Assembly: GCA_963748875.1 (NCBI GenBank)
Contig: CAVVKC010000001.1
Location: 1,767,010 to 1,831,009, forward strand
Length of the DNA: 64,000 bases
DNA from: Vulcanimicrobiota bacterium
GTDB lineage: Bacteria; Vulcanimicrobiota; Vulcanimicrobiia; Vulcanimicrobiales; Vulcanimicrobiaceae
Direction: 5' to 3'
This document shows, in pieces, positions 26,798 through 36,507 of the stretch (position 1 is the stretch's first letter; every line of letters starts with the position of its first letter). The notes under the pieces are model-generated. The model had not been told where the DNA came from and did no database searches. It saw only the letters and a list, made by a program, of their open reading frames with translations. A program made the position numbers and the translations under genes.

Positions 26798-27088
26798 TTA
26801 CCGATCGTGATCTTGTTCCTGCTTCTCAATGGTGCAAAGGTAAGCTCCCTGACCGTAAGGGCCGCCGGCCCCGCCGCACGGTATTACCGAAATAAGCTTG
26901 TAGCCTGGGGCCGTCCTAAACGGAGCGTTGTTCCTAACGTTGTTTTGAACCTGGACAATGTAGCTCTCTTGCCTGGGAGGTCTTGTGTTTTGACTCTGCG
27001 CCGATGCTGTGGTGAGAATATTTGCGGCGAAAAGTACCGCGACTAGACCTAGCAGCGCCGGGATGAGAATCGAACGAAAAAGTGGCAT
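26798..27088 (-). CDS. small secreted hypothetical protein
   Basis: ATG 27088 is preceded by AAAGGAG. Signal MPLFRSILIPALLGLVAVLFAANILTTASA. Confidence 0.5.
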   Translation of the reverse strand: MPLFRSILIPALLGLVAVLFAANILTTASAQSQNTRPPRQESYIVQVQNNVRNNAPFRTAPGYKLISVIPCGGAGGPYGQGAYLCTIEKQEQDHDR

Positions 27089-27172
27089 TGCGTACTCCTT
27101 TCGTTTGCTCACAGGTTTCTTCGCTTAGCTTACGGGTTGCAAACGTTTTCTTCACGAGCACGACTATCCCCG

Positions 27173-28120
27173 CTACATCGGCGCGGGCGCTGCGTTCGTT
27201 ATCGTAGCCCACGCCCTTTGGACGGCTTGGTAGAGCTCCGGATTGTTCTTTAGGCCGTACTCGGGATTCTCGTTGGGCTGCGCCATGTACTCGTAGACCG
27301 TGATCGTGGGCGTCAATGGAGCGAGAGTCACGATCGTCTGATAAAGATCGTCCGCGCGCTTTTGGCCGATTTCGGTTACGTAGACTTGCGGGATCGATCC
27401 ATCGGCTGCGACTCCGACCGCAGCTCGCATCACATTCATTTCGTGAGGCATCAATCCGGGCGGCACGCCGTAGGGGTGGAAACCGAAACCGCCGACCGGC
27501 GGACTCGGGTTAGCGCCGCGCAGTATCGCGGCCAGCGTCTCCGTCCACGGTAGATCGCTGCCGGAGGTGCCGCTGGTTAGGACTTTGACTCCCAATCCCG
27601 CGATGATAGGAGCGACCCGCAGGTAGAATGCCGCGTATTCCTTTACGTCAGTAAAACCGTTCGCGCGGAGGTCGGCTTCGTTTGCGATTTCAGCATAGCG
27701 CAGACAGCCGGGCTCGCGCTGCGTGTAGCGCGAAAAGAACTCAGCGACGTTGGCGATGAGGTCCTCGTCGCCGTTCTTGTCGTCTCGCGGGCTAGGCACG
27801 ATGATCATCGCGCGCAGCCCGGAGCCGCAGATCGCATCGAGTTCCCGGTCCTCGCGGCGCCAGCGCTGTGATTCGAAGGCCAAGCCATCCGGACGCCATC
27901 CGGTGCGTACGTAGGTCGCGTGGAGGTTATCGCGGATATCCTGCAAGACCGCTGCGCCGAAATATCTCTTGAGATAGCGCGGCCCCTGGCGTCCTCCGAC
28001 TGCCGGCAACGCGATCCCAAGCTCGGCGATGCGCGGTGCTGCCGTCGCTTGCGGGTCAACCTGCGAATCGCCGGCACCTGACGCAAAGATCGCGCCGGCA
28101 AACGCGACAGCAAAAATCAA
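27173..28120 (-). CDS. putative clan GH-A (TIM-barrel) glycoside hydrolase
   Basis: Candidate acid/base YAEIANEAD (NE) and candidate nucleophile QVYVTEIG (TE), at a spacing typical of GH-A enzymes. N-terminal hydrophobic segment. Confidence 0.45.
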   Translation of the reverse strand: MIFAVAFAGAIFASGAGDSQVDPQATAAPRIAELGIALPAVGGRQGPRYLKRYFGAAVLQDIRDNLHATYVRTGWRPDGLAFESQRWRREDRELDAICGSGLRAMIIVPSPRDDKNGDEDLIANVAEFFSRYTQREPGCLRYAEIANEADLRANGFTDVKEYAAFYLRVAPIIAGLGVKVLTSGTSGSDLPWTETLAAILRGANPSPPVGGFGFHPYGVPPGLMPHEMNVMRAAVGVAADGSIPQVYVTEIGQKRADDLYQTIVTLAPLTPTITVYEYMAQPNENPEYGLKNNPELYQAVQRAWATITNAAPAPM

Positions 28121-28298
28121 TTCGCTTTCGCGGCCTCCCTAAAACCGAAGCTTCGACGCGAAACGCATCGCAACCCGTTCGAGCAGGTGAAACGCGGAGC
28201 AACTTGAATTCGCACGGCCTGGGATGGAGCTCCCTTAAACCGCCGCGTTCGCGGCTGATGGCTCCTGTCGCACGACCTACTTTGACAGGAGCTTTGAT

Positions 28299-29465
28299 TT
28301 GCATCACTTCTTAGACACCAATAACATGTGGCTGGTAGCGGGCGTCTGGATGCTATTGGCCGCCATCAGCGCATTCGTCGCGATCCGGGTCAAGATGCCC
28401 GCCGCCCTCGTTGAAATCGTCATCGGCATGATCGCCGGTAACTTGATCGCTCTACGGACCAACGCGTGGATCGATTTCGTGGCAGGCTTCGGCAGTATTC
28501 TCCTAACGTTTCTCGCAGGCGCCGAAATCGACCCAGTGGTGCTGCGAAAGCAACTCGTGCCTTCGACTGCGATCGGTGCGGCGTCTTTCGGCGCACCGTT
28601 TCTTGCAGCGATGGCATTTACATACTTTTTCGGACATTGGACGCTGGATGCGTCAAAAATTGCGGGCGTCGCCATGTCGACGACCTCGGTGGCAGTAGTC
28701 TATGCGGTGATGGTTGAATCGGAGCTTGCCGGCAAGGAGTTCGGCCAGTTAATTCTTGCCGCGTGCTTTTTCACCGACCTGGGCACCGTCGTCGCACTCG
28801 GACTCTTATTTGCTAACTACAACCTTTGGCTTGCCGCGCTGGCTGCGGCAATCGTCGCCGCCGTAGCGATCGTTCCAAGATTTCTGCCTCGCGTTATCGA
28901 TCGTACGCAGCGTTACGTTAGCGAGCCCGCGCTGCGAGTTCTCTTCGGCGTAATCTTCCTGCTGGCCGCGCTGGCTACGTACGCAAAGAGCGAAGGCGTG
29001 CTGCCCGCGTACTTCTTGGGTATCGGATGCGCTGGACTAATGATGGCGTACCCGGACGTAAAACGACGGCTCCAAACGATGACCATGACGCTCCTTGCTC
29101 CGTTCTACTTTCTCAAGGCCGGAACGTACATTGAGTTCAGCGCTGCGGTCGGCACCGCTGGGCTGATTGCCGCGATGTTCTTTGTCAAGGTAATCGCGAA
29201 GATCGTTGGAGTCTTCCCGCTCGCGCGGTACATCTTTCGATATCCGAGTTCAAACGCTAACTACCTGACGTTGATGATGGCTACCGGGCTCACTTTTGGA
29301 ACAATTGCTAGCCTGTACGGCCTAACGCATCACTACATTAACCAAGCGCAATACACGGCGCTGGTGACCGTCGTAATTTTGACGGCAGTCGTTCCAACCG
29401 CAATCGCTCAAGCCTTGTTTAAACCGAGCGAAGAACCTGAAGAGATGGAGGCCGAGGTGCCATGA
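28299..29465 (+). CDS. cation:proton antiporter (CPA family, no C-terminal regulatory domain)
   Basis: About 11 TM segments. GSILLTFLAGAEID and AYFLGIG are Na_H_Exchanger-like. Confidence 0.8.
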   Translation: MHHFLDTNNMWLVAGVWMLLAAISAFVAIRVKMPAALVEIVIGMIAGNLIALRTNAWIDFVAGFGSILLTFLAGAEIDPVVLRKQLVPSTAIGAASFGAPFLAAMAFTYFFGHWTLDASKIAGVAMSTTSVAVVYAVMVESELAGKEFGQLILAACFFTDLGTVVALGLLFANYNLWLAALAAAIVAAVAIVPRFLPRVIDRTQRYVSEPALRVLFGVIFLLAALATYAKSEGVLPAYFLGIGCAGLMMAYPDVKRRLQTMTMTLLAPFYFLKAGTYIEFSAAVGTAGLIAAMFFVKVIAKIVGVFPLARYIFRYPSSNANYLTLMMATGLTFGTIASLYGLTHHYINQAQYTALVTVVILTAVVPTAIAQALFKPSEEPEEMEAEVP

Positions 29466-29468
29466 GAG

Positions 29469-30143
29469 CTAGCTTCCGAGAATGTTGATCGCACGCGCAC
29501 CGACGGCGATCACGGTGATCAGCGAGATAATGCTTTGAACGGTCATCATCATCTTCATGCGGGGCGTCAGCGGCAGGACGTCGGTGGGACTAAACGCAGC
29601 GGCAGTGTTAAACGCAAACGCGAAGTAATCGGCGAAAATCGGGCGCCAGTCGGCCGGAAAGTTATCGGATGGATCTCCGTGCGAGAACGAAAGATCCGCC
29701 CGGCCGTGAAAGCCCGCAACTCGGCCGCCTGGGCCGCCCCGATCCACCTGCCAATATGCGAGCGAAAAGACGAGGATGTTGGTCGCCCAAATTGCAATGG
29801 AAGTCGTGAGAAGGGTCATTCCGCTTATGTTTGAGTGGGCTTTCGCCATGTCGCGCAGGAGTATCGCGAGCAGAGCGAGTTGGAAACACGTTGCAAGCGG
29901 CAGAACGACCGCCGCCGCCGCGCGCTCGATGCGCGTCCAGAACGCTTTGTTGCGCGCGAACTGCGCGGCGAGCATCGGGACCACCAGCGCCAAAGCGAGC
30001 AAGAACGGAATGCCTTTCGGCAACATTTGATAACGGCTCGGCAGGATTGACAAGATCGCAGGCAGTGCGATGAGGGCAATGGCCGCAAAGACGCGAGATT
30101 CGGGGCGGGAGCCGCCAGTGTCGCTTACGGCGCCGATTTTCAT
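29469..30143 (-). CDS. DUF1345-like integral membrane protein
   Basis: ATG 30143 (MKIGAVSD) forms an ATGA overlap with the stop of the MarC-like gene. YWQVDRGGP...DYFAFAFNTAAAFSPTDV. The upstream part of ORF 29469..30557 is Arg-rich shadow sequence. Confidence 0.5.
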   Translation of the reverse strand: MKIGAVSDTGGSRPESRVFAAIALIALPAILSILPSRYQMLPKGIPFLLALALVVPMLAAQFARNKAFWTRIERAAAAVVLPLATCFQLALLAILLRDMAKAHSNISGMTLLTTSIAIWATNILVFSLAYWQVDRGGPGGRVAGFHGRADLSFSHGDPSDNFPADWRPIFADYFAFAFNTAAAFSPTDVLPLTPRMKMMMTVQSIISLITVIAVGARAINILGS

Positions 30144-30805
30144 AGAGGCTTCTTGAACAAGAAGTAGAGCCCGTCCGCGATCAACTGTAAGCCCAGAGCG
30201 ACCTGTAAGATGCTCAGGACGGCGCCCAGCATTTGGAGAGGCGCCCCGATCCAACGCAGCAGCGGCTTTGCATAGAGCATCGCCAGCAGATCTAGCGCGA
30301 TTACGATGAGAAGGGCTCCGACGATCGCAATGACGGTCTGGAGCTGAAGGGCGATCAGGCAAATGAGAAGCGCGATGCCGTACGGCGTGACGATTGCGGA
30401 GAGCGCTGCGCGGCCCGCGAGTTTGGGGTCGGTTACCGTGTCGTCTGCGGGCGAAAGCTTGCGTGACGGCGCGGGCGACTGCAACACGAGCGACAGCGCG
30501 ACGAGGAAGAGCACGACTCCGCCTGCGATTAACAACACTCCCGGCGAAACGTGCCATTTCGCAATGATTTGATTGCCCAAAAACGCGGCGATAAGCAGCG
30601 AGACGGTCGCCAAGCCAGCGGTGCGTAAGGCGAGCTGCCGGCGAGCGTTGTCCGAGAGACCCGCGGTTAGCGTCGCAAAGGATCCGAGAACCCGAAGCGG
30701 GCCGACCATGACGAATAAGAAGGTAAAGACTTCACCGAAACTGATTCGGACGGGGACCAACGCTTGCACCTCCTCGGGCAGCATCGTACCACCGCTCGCT
30801 TGCAT
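30140..30805 (-). CDS. MarC family (UPF0056) membrane protein
   Basis: FTFLFVMVGPLRVLGSFATLT, IVTPYGIALLI, six hydrophobic segments. The start may be the internal MLPEEV. Confidence 0.65.
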   Translation of the reverse strand: MQASGGTMLPEEVQALVPVRISFGEVFTFLFVMVGPLRVLGSFATLTAGLSDNARRQLALRTAGLATVSLLIAAFLGNQIIAKWHVSPGVLLIAGGVVLFLVALSLVLQSPAPSRKLSPADDTVTDPKLAGRAALSAIVTPYGIALLICLIALQLQTVIAIVGALLIVIALDLLAMLYAKPLLRWIGAPLQMLGAVLSILQVALGLQLIADGLYFLFKKPL

Positions 30806-30907
30806 TGTAAATCAGGCGAGTCATTTGGCAACCTAGCACTGGGTTCGAAGGGATGAGTTATGGGAACGAAAAGCCTCGGCACTTACTCATCGGATTTTGG
30901 AGGCACT

Positions 30908-31921
30908 ATGTTTCAACGATGGTTCCCGGGATTTTCAGCCGTTCTCGTGCTCGGCAGTCTAGCGCTTACGAGCTGCAGCGGCGGAGGCTCGCTGCCGAAC
31001 ACTGCAAATTCCTCGTTACCAAACGCCGCAACCTCGCCGCTGCAGTCGCCGTCGCTCCTAAAATCGTTGGAGCGGCAACAGAGCGCCTCAAGCGCATTAT
31101 ATGTTAGCGATTGGTTCGGCAAGTCGATTTTCCGCTTTGCGCGCAATGCTGACGGTTCGGTCGTAACTCCAGCCGGCTCGTCGCTCGTTCTATCGTACAA
31201 TCCCGGCCCGATCGCGATTGGCCATGGCGGCCTCTTCGTCACCGATGAAGATGCCGAGTCGCTGTTCGTCTACGCCAGACACGCCACAGGGTACGACCAA
31301 CCGCGGCGAGAGTTGACGCTTCCTTTCGTACCGAGCTGCGTTGCAGTTGATGGCGCCGGTCACGAGTTCGTCGGAGGCTTCACGAACGGCTACGTAGCCG
31401 TCTACGCCCCTGGCGCCCAGGGTAACGCGAGCACGCTGCAGCGAATCGCGCTGCCCGACGGTCATTCGGACATCAACGGCGTGGCCGTTGACGCTTCCGG
31501 CAATCTCTACGTTTCGGACACGAACGAAATCAGCGAGTTTTCGACACCCGTCACGAAGCCGACGCTGGTGCGAGCGATCGTCGGAACGGGTCAGCAAAAC
31601 ACGCCGACCGGCATGGATTTCAATAACCAGACGGGCGCACTGTATGTCGCCAACGCGGGCGACAACAACATCCTCGAGTACTCTCGCACCGCCAGTGGCA
31701 AGAGCCATCCGCATCGCACCATCTCCTCGCAGAATCCCCCGTTGAAGGGCCCAGTCGGCGTGGCGCTAGGCGGATCGGTGCTCTATTCGACGAGCGGATC
31801 TAACGTCAACGGACCGCCGTCGGTCTTCGTCTTCGATGCGTCGAAAGGGCAGCAGACGCCAAAGCAAGTCGTGACGGGATCGTACTTGGCAGTCCCGATC
31901 GGCGTAGCTCTCGGTCCCTAA
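30908..31921 (+). CDS. NHL/beta-propeller lipoprotein
   Basis: GGAGG RBS. MFQRWFPGFSAVLVLGSLALTSCSGG lipobox. LYVSD, LFVTDE, LYVSDTN and LYVANAGDNNILEY blades. Confidence 0.75.
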   Translation: MFQRWFPGFSAVLVLGSLALTSCSGGGSLPNTANSSLPNAATSPLQSPSLLKSLERQQSASSALYVSDWFGKSIFRFARNADGSVVTPAGSSLVLSYNPGPIAIGHGGLFVTDEDAESLFVYARHATGYDQPRRELTLPFVPSCVAVDGAGHEFVGGFTNGYVAVYAPGAQGNASTLQRIALPDGHSDINGVAVDASGNLYVSDTNEISEFSTPVTKPTLVRAIVGTGQQNTPTGMDFNNQTGALYVANAGDNNILEYSRTASGKSHPHRTISSQNPPLKGPVGVALGGSVLYSTSGSNVNGPPSVFVFDASKGQQTPKQVVTGSYLAVPIGVALGP

Positions 31922-31936
31922 AGTACGCGTTTCCAA

Positions 31937-31969
31937 GAACAGGGCCGGCGTTGCAGGCCGGCCCTGTTC
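31937..31969. terminator. bidirectional hairpin between convergent genes
   Basis: Perfect 13-bp stem GAACAGGGCCGGC (31937-31949) / GCCGGCCCTGTTC (31957-31969) with a 7-nt loop. It lies between the stops at 31921 (+) and 31995 (-). No strong U-tract. Confidence 0.6.
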
Positions 31970-31994
31970 GCCACATTCGAATACGGTGCGACGG

Positions 31995-32327
31995 CTACAT
32001 GCCGATCGTCAGCGCGTTGCTCCAAGTCTTGTGAGGTGCTTTGAACGACGAGTGAAACGTGCCGGTGAGGGTTGCCGTCGAGCCGTTGGCGTGCGTTTGA
32101 TTCGTCTTATCGATCACGTTGATGCACTTGCTGTCGCAGAGTTGAAAGCCGGAGAACTGACCCATTGCAGTGCTCTTGGACATGAAATTAGATACCGTTC
32201 CCGATACCGTAACAGTCTGGCCGTCATAGGTCGACGGGCTTGCGAGGATCGCTGAGGGTACGAGAGTCGCCGCGGCCACGGCAATCGGGAGCGCCGCGAG
32301 CAGCGCGGTCAACAAGAAACGACGCAT
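31995..32327 (-). CDS. small secreted hypothetical protein
   Basis: GGAGG RBS. MRRFLLTALLAALPIAVAAA signal peptide. Confidence 0.55.
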   Translation of the reverse strand: MRRFLLTALLAALPIAVAAATLVPSAILASPSTYDGQTVTVSGTVSNFMSKSTAMGQFSGFQLCDSKCINVIDKTNQTHANGSTATLTGTFHSSFKAPHKTWSNALTIGM

Positions 32328-32424
32328 ATTAGAATTCCTCCTCACGCACGATGGTAGCACTCGACTTCGAATGTGCAAGCGACCGGGCGCTCCTCTAGCT
32401 TCGCTACCCGGGTTTTGCCGTTCG

Positions 32425-34026
32425 CTAGTGCGTGTCCCAGTTTTCGGCGTCGACCGGAATCCACAGCATGTTCAGCCTGTAGCCGGTGACACGATCGCTC
32501 AGACCGATAAGCCGGTCTTCGTAGTAGAGCGGGATTACGGGAACGTCATGATGGATGAGGAGCTGGATCGCGTTGAAGTCGCGATCGCGCTGCGCCTGAC
32601 TCTGCGTGCGCGTTTGATCGTCAAAGAGCGTTTCGAACCGCTTGGAGCAGTAGAATGAGTGATTCTCGTCGCCTTTGACGGCCTGCACGCAGCGGAAATT
32701 TAAAGATTGTTCGGGGTCGCCGCCTCCAACCCACGTCTCGCCGACGAGCGTCGCCTTCCCGTTGCGCAACAAACCGTCGGGACTGAACCAGACGCGGACG
32801 GGATTGGCCTTTATCGAGAGTTGCATGCCGATTACCGCGAGCTGCTGTTGCACGAGTGTCGCGATCCGGACGTTGATCGGATCCTCCGAGTTCACGCCGA
32901 TCAGGCCGGCCAACGCAGCGCCGTCCTTGTAGCGGACGCCCTGTCGCATGCGCCAGCCGGCGGCGTCGAGCTTTTGCTTTGCACCGCCGGCGTTGTGGTT
33001 GTACGGCGGGATCGCAACGCTATCCCAGTGGACGATCGGAGGTGGAAGAAACGACCCGGCGCCCCGGTATTCGTTGCGCCACGCAGCGGCCAGCGCGGAA
33101 TAGTCGAGCGCGTCGGCGATCGCTTGTCGTACTCGAACGTCGCGCGTCGGTACCGTCTGCGTCTGAAGGTAGAGCAGGTGAGTCGCGTTCTCGGGAAACC
33201 TTCGAACGCGAAGACCCGGAACGCGCTCCGCCTGCGAGACGTTCTCGGCGGTCAACGTTCCGACGTCAACTGCGCCCGACTGGAGCGCAACGAAGTTGGA
33301 GTTTAGGTTCGGAACGATCTTCAAGACGATTTGTTCGAGCTTTGGCCGCGGCCGGTAGTACGGATTCGGTTCCAGGATGATGCGATCGCCTCGAAGCCAC
33401 GATTTGACGCGAAACGGCCCGGTGCAGAACGGAGCATTTTCCCACGCGGTACCGACGACTTGGGTATCCGAAAAAGCATGCTTCGGCAGAATGCCGTAGA
33501 CGTAGTCGGCCTGCGCGAAGAGCACGCGGACCGCGGCGTTCCATGGTTGGCGCAATCGGATCACGACCGTGCGTGCGTCCGGTGTGCGTAGGGAGACGAT
33601 GCGGCGATACGGCTCGACCGACGTCGAACGATTGCGAGGATCGAAAATGGCCCGGTAAGTGAACGCGACGTCGGCCGAGGTCAAGGGAACGCCGTCGGCA
33701 AAGCGCGCATCCGGGCGCAGATGATACATGATTTTCGTTCCATCCGGGGAGATGTCGCCATTCCTACGTGACGGGATGCGCGTAACGAGAATTGGAACGT
33801 CGCGATTATCGGCGGAGAGACCGACGAGGGTTTGGCAGAAGAGGGTGTCGAGCGCGATAATCTCTTGGTCGATCGCAACGAGCGGAACGAGCGACGCCGG
33901 ATCACCCGCGTAAGCGATTCTCAGAATGTGCGGAGAGCCCGCGCGCACGCCGCCGCGCGTGCAGCCGCACAGCGACGCGACGAAAAAAACAGCGGCGCTG
34001 AGAGCCGCAACTAGATCTCTGTTCAC
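32425..34026 (-). CDS. ABC transporter substrate-binding protein, family 5 (peptide/nickel type)
   Basis: 533 aa. Lipobox-like LCGC. Family-5 layout (LVGLSADN, RFADGVPLTSADVAFTY, NPYY, LIGLSDRV). No permease or ATPase genes adjacent. Confidence 0.8.
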   Translation of the reverse strand: MNRDLVAALSAAVFFVASLCGCTRGGVRAGSPHILRIAYAGDPASLVPLVAIDQEIIALDTLFCQTLVGLSADNRDVPILVTRIPSRRNGDISPDGTKIMYHLRPDARFADGVPLTSADVAFTYRAIFDPRNRSTSVEPYRRIVSLRTPDARTVVIRLRQPWNAAVRVLFAQADYVYGILPKHAFSDTQVVGTAWENAPFCTGPFRVKSWLRGDRIILEPNPYYRPRPKLEQIVLKIVPNLNSNFVALQSGAVDVGTLTAENVSQAERVPGLRVRRFPENATHLLYLQTQTVPTRDVRVRQAIADALDYSALAAAWRNEYRGAGSFLPPPIVHWDSVAIPPYNHNAGGAKQKLDAAGWRMRQGVRYKDGAALAGLIGVNSEDPINVRIATLVQQQLAVIGMQLSIKANPVRVWFSPDGLLRNGKATLVGETWVGGGDPEQSLNFRCVQAVKGDENHSFYCSKRFETLFDDQTRTQSQAQRDRDFNAIQLLIHHDVPVIPLYYEDRLIGLSDRVTGYRLNMLWIPVDAENWDTH

Positions 34027-34141
34027 GTCAACCCGTTGATTCGTGCATTCTCGCCCGAAAACTTACGCCCGCCCCGATGGCACCGCAGCAGCTATAACCC
34101 CCGCCGGCTCCGCAACGGACCCCTTCGGCGCTAAAGCAGTT

Positions 34142-34492
34142 TTAGGCCAGCCTCGACTCCCAATCCGCCGGAACTTTGCCCTGCGGGCCAGGAACGGGTT
34201 GATCTTTGGGATGCGATCGGGGCGGCGCCAACCGCCGGCCCTCCATGAAATCGCCGGTATCGTAGCTATAGAACCACGCCTCTCCGGGCTCGAAACTCGC
34301 GATGATCGGATGACCCGTAGCACGGAAGTGCTTCGTCGCGTGTTTTCCCAAGGATTGATCGCAACAGCCGATGTGACCGCACTCGGCACATCTGCGCAGA
34401 TGGAACCACCAGCTATCCTCCGCTAAGCACTCGACGCAGCCGGTGCCGGAGGGCGGCAGGCTCTCATTTATCCCAGCAACTCTTTCACTCAC
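34142..34492 (-). CDS. UBP-type zinc-finger domain protein
   Basis: CVECLAEDSWWFHLRRCAECGHIGCCDQSLGKHATKHFRATGHP matches the zf-UBP Cys/His pattern. Confidence 0.75.
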   Translation of the reverse strand: MSERVAGINESLPPSGTGCVECLAEDSWWFHLRRCAECGHIGCCDQSLGKHATKHFRATGHPIIASFEPGEAWFYSYDTGDFMEGRRLAPPRSHPKDQPVPGPQGKVPADWESRLA

Positions 34493-34558
34493 GATTTTCG
34501 AAGCTTAATTCGGCGGAGGGGATTCTTTCCTTGCTATTAAGAGAAACAGCCCTGCAGT

Positions 34559-35188
34559 TCAGCCGGGATACTTATACCGCATCACCTTCTTCAGGTTGGT
34601 GCCACGAATGATCCCGTTCGAGTGATAGGTCAAGCCCCACGAATCGATTGACGACATGTCGGGGAAGATGCAAGCCTCGAGCGTTTGATCGCTCGAGTTC
34701 TGGTTGTACCAGCCTCCGCCGGCACCGGTGGTGCCGCCGAACTGATCCGAGCCCCCGAGATACGAGCAATAGCACGAGGCCGGGTTGCCGTTGCACGATC
34801 CCGACGGCGGCGGCTTAAGAATGTAGGCGAGGGCGGCCAACGTCGGCTTGGTGGTGTACAGCGTGCTCAGCAGAATGCTTATCTGCGAGCCATCTTTCTT
34901 GCTGGTATAGGTGCAGAAGCTTCTTTTTCCGGCGAGGAAAAGCAGCTTCGATCCATTGCTGCCGTAGACGGGGTGTCGAACTACGATTTCACCGTGGGTT
35001 TTCTGGCAGTAGGCCGCTGCAGCGGCGTCGGCAGGCTCGACCCCAGCGGGCAGCTTGGCGTGAGCGGGCGACGTCAGCGAGGCGAGCGGAGCGGAAGCGG
35101 CCTGCGGTGAGGTAGCACCGATGCTGCCGCCGCAGCCGGAAAGTAGAACGGCACCAATTGCCGTTATCGTGGCAAACGAAAGCTTCAT
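34559..35188 (-). CDS. lipoprotein with two DUF333-like (putative hemolysin-like) modules
   Basis: Lipobox LLSGCGGS. AAAAYCQKTHGE...CTY and GNPASCYCSYLGG...EACIFPDMSSIDSW resemble the NPAS.YC...GG...C.F.DGS...W signature. Confidence 0.45.
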   Translation of the reverse strand: MKLSFATITAIGAVLLSGCGGSIGATSPQAASAPLASLTSPAHAKLPAGVEPADAAAAAYCQKTHGEIVVRHPVYGSNGSKLLFLAGKRSFCTYTSKKDGSQISILLSTLYTTKPTLAALAYILKPPPSGSCNGNPASCYCSYLGGSDQFGGTTGAGGGWYNQNSSDQTLEACIFPDMSSIDSWGLTYHSNGIIRGTNLKKVMRYKYPG

Positions 35189-35413
35189 TCTTACGCTCCT
35201 TTATGTAGCCCGCCACTAATACCACCAATGAATCTGTGAGTCAAGTCAACTCTTGCAAGGTCGGTAGCAAGGCAAGCGGGCACGCGACGTGCGGTCCGCG
35301 CGCTCTCTTTCAGAGTTTCTTCACCATCGCCGCCCAAAATTCGAGGGGTAACCCTTTCGTCACACGGGGCGCGATTCGAGTCACACCCGAAAAGAGCGAG
35401 GCGTTCAAGGAAA

Positions 35414-36358
35414 ATGGAGCAATCGAACACGTCACATCTTACCCGTTTGGGGTTTGCCATTTCCGCTGTGCTGTTCGCGCTTGCAGGTTGCGGCGGCTCT
35501 CAAATACCCAGCCTCACCTCGAACGGAGCGAGGTTTTTGACGACGTCGCGAGGGCAAGACTTGATCTACCTTGCGGGGACCCGCGCCGTCAGCGTGTACA
35601 CCTATCCGGAAGGTAAGCTTGTAAGTACCCTCAAGGGTTTGACAAAGGCGGGCAGCGATTGCGTCGACAAGGCGCAAAATGTTTGGATTCCCGATCCGAG
35701 CCACGCCGCCATGGTCGAGTACGCGCACGGGGGAACGCAGCCGCTGCGCGTGCTCAAAGGCGTCAACGGTAGCGCTTGCGCGGTCGACCCGACCAACGGA
35801 GACTTAGCGGTCACCGAGGGGTTCGATGGCGCCGTCTGGATCTTCAAAGCGGCTCGCGGCAATCCGGTACCGTACGATACTCCGACGATCACGCGATTCA
35901 ACTACTGCGCGTACGACGACAAGGGAAACCTCTTCGCCGACGGTGGAAACGGCGGCGTAGGCTACGAGTTTGTGCTGAGCGAGCTACCGAAGGGAAGTAA
36001 GAAGTTCAAGATCATTACGCTCGATCAGTTCATCAGCCAGCCCGGGGGGATAGCGTGGGACGGAAAGCACTTGGCGATCGGCGATGCCGCGAAACCGGTG
36101 ATTTACCGATTTGCGGTGAGCGGCATGAGCGGCAAGAGTGTCGGCGCGGTCTCGCTCGGGAATCCCGCCACCTACGGCACCCAGTTTGTTATCGACGGCG
36201 CGAGGCTTATCGCGCCGAACATGTATCCATCAAGGAATCAACTGCTCTCAAACGTGCTCTTCTACGAATATCCGGGCGGAGGTAAACCGTCCAAGAAGAT
36301 TCCGGCGGGCCGCAGCCATCTTCGCGGTCTCGCGCTCAGCCTCGCGCAGGGTCCGTAA
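35414..36358 (+). CDS. beta-propeller-like lipoprotein (paralog of 1114..2124)
   Basis: Lipobox FALAGCGGS. MVEYAHGGTQPLRVLKGVNGSACAVDPTNGDLAVT parallels VVEYAHGGTKPIQIFKAHTPLRCAVSPLNGDLAIA. Confidence 0.75.
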   Translation: MEQSNTSHLTRLGFAISAVLFALAGCGGSQIPSLTSNGARFLTTSRGQDLIYLAGTRAVSVYTYPEGKLVSTLKGLTKAGSDCVDKAQNVWIPDPSHAAMVEYAHGGTQPLRVLKGVNGSACAVDPTNGDLAVTEGFDGAVWIFKAARGNPVPYDTPTITRFNYCAYDDKGNLFADGGNGGVGYEFVLSELPKGSKKFKIITLDQFISQPGGIAWDGKHLAIGDAAKPVIYRFAVSGMSGKSVGAVSLGNPATYGTQFVIDGARLIAPNMYPSRNQLLSNVLFYEYPGGGKPSKKIPAGRSHLRGLALSLAQGP

Positions 36359-36507
36359 AGGCTGCAGCTAACTAGACCGTTCGGAAGCGGCCGAGGCCTC
36401 GCACGTGCTAAGAGGCGAGCGGTTTGGCGCAGGTTTAGTCTCTCCGGCTTAAAATATATTGGCGCGAGTATCATTTGCTCGATCGTCAAGAGGAGGCATG
36501 GCTGCAG

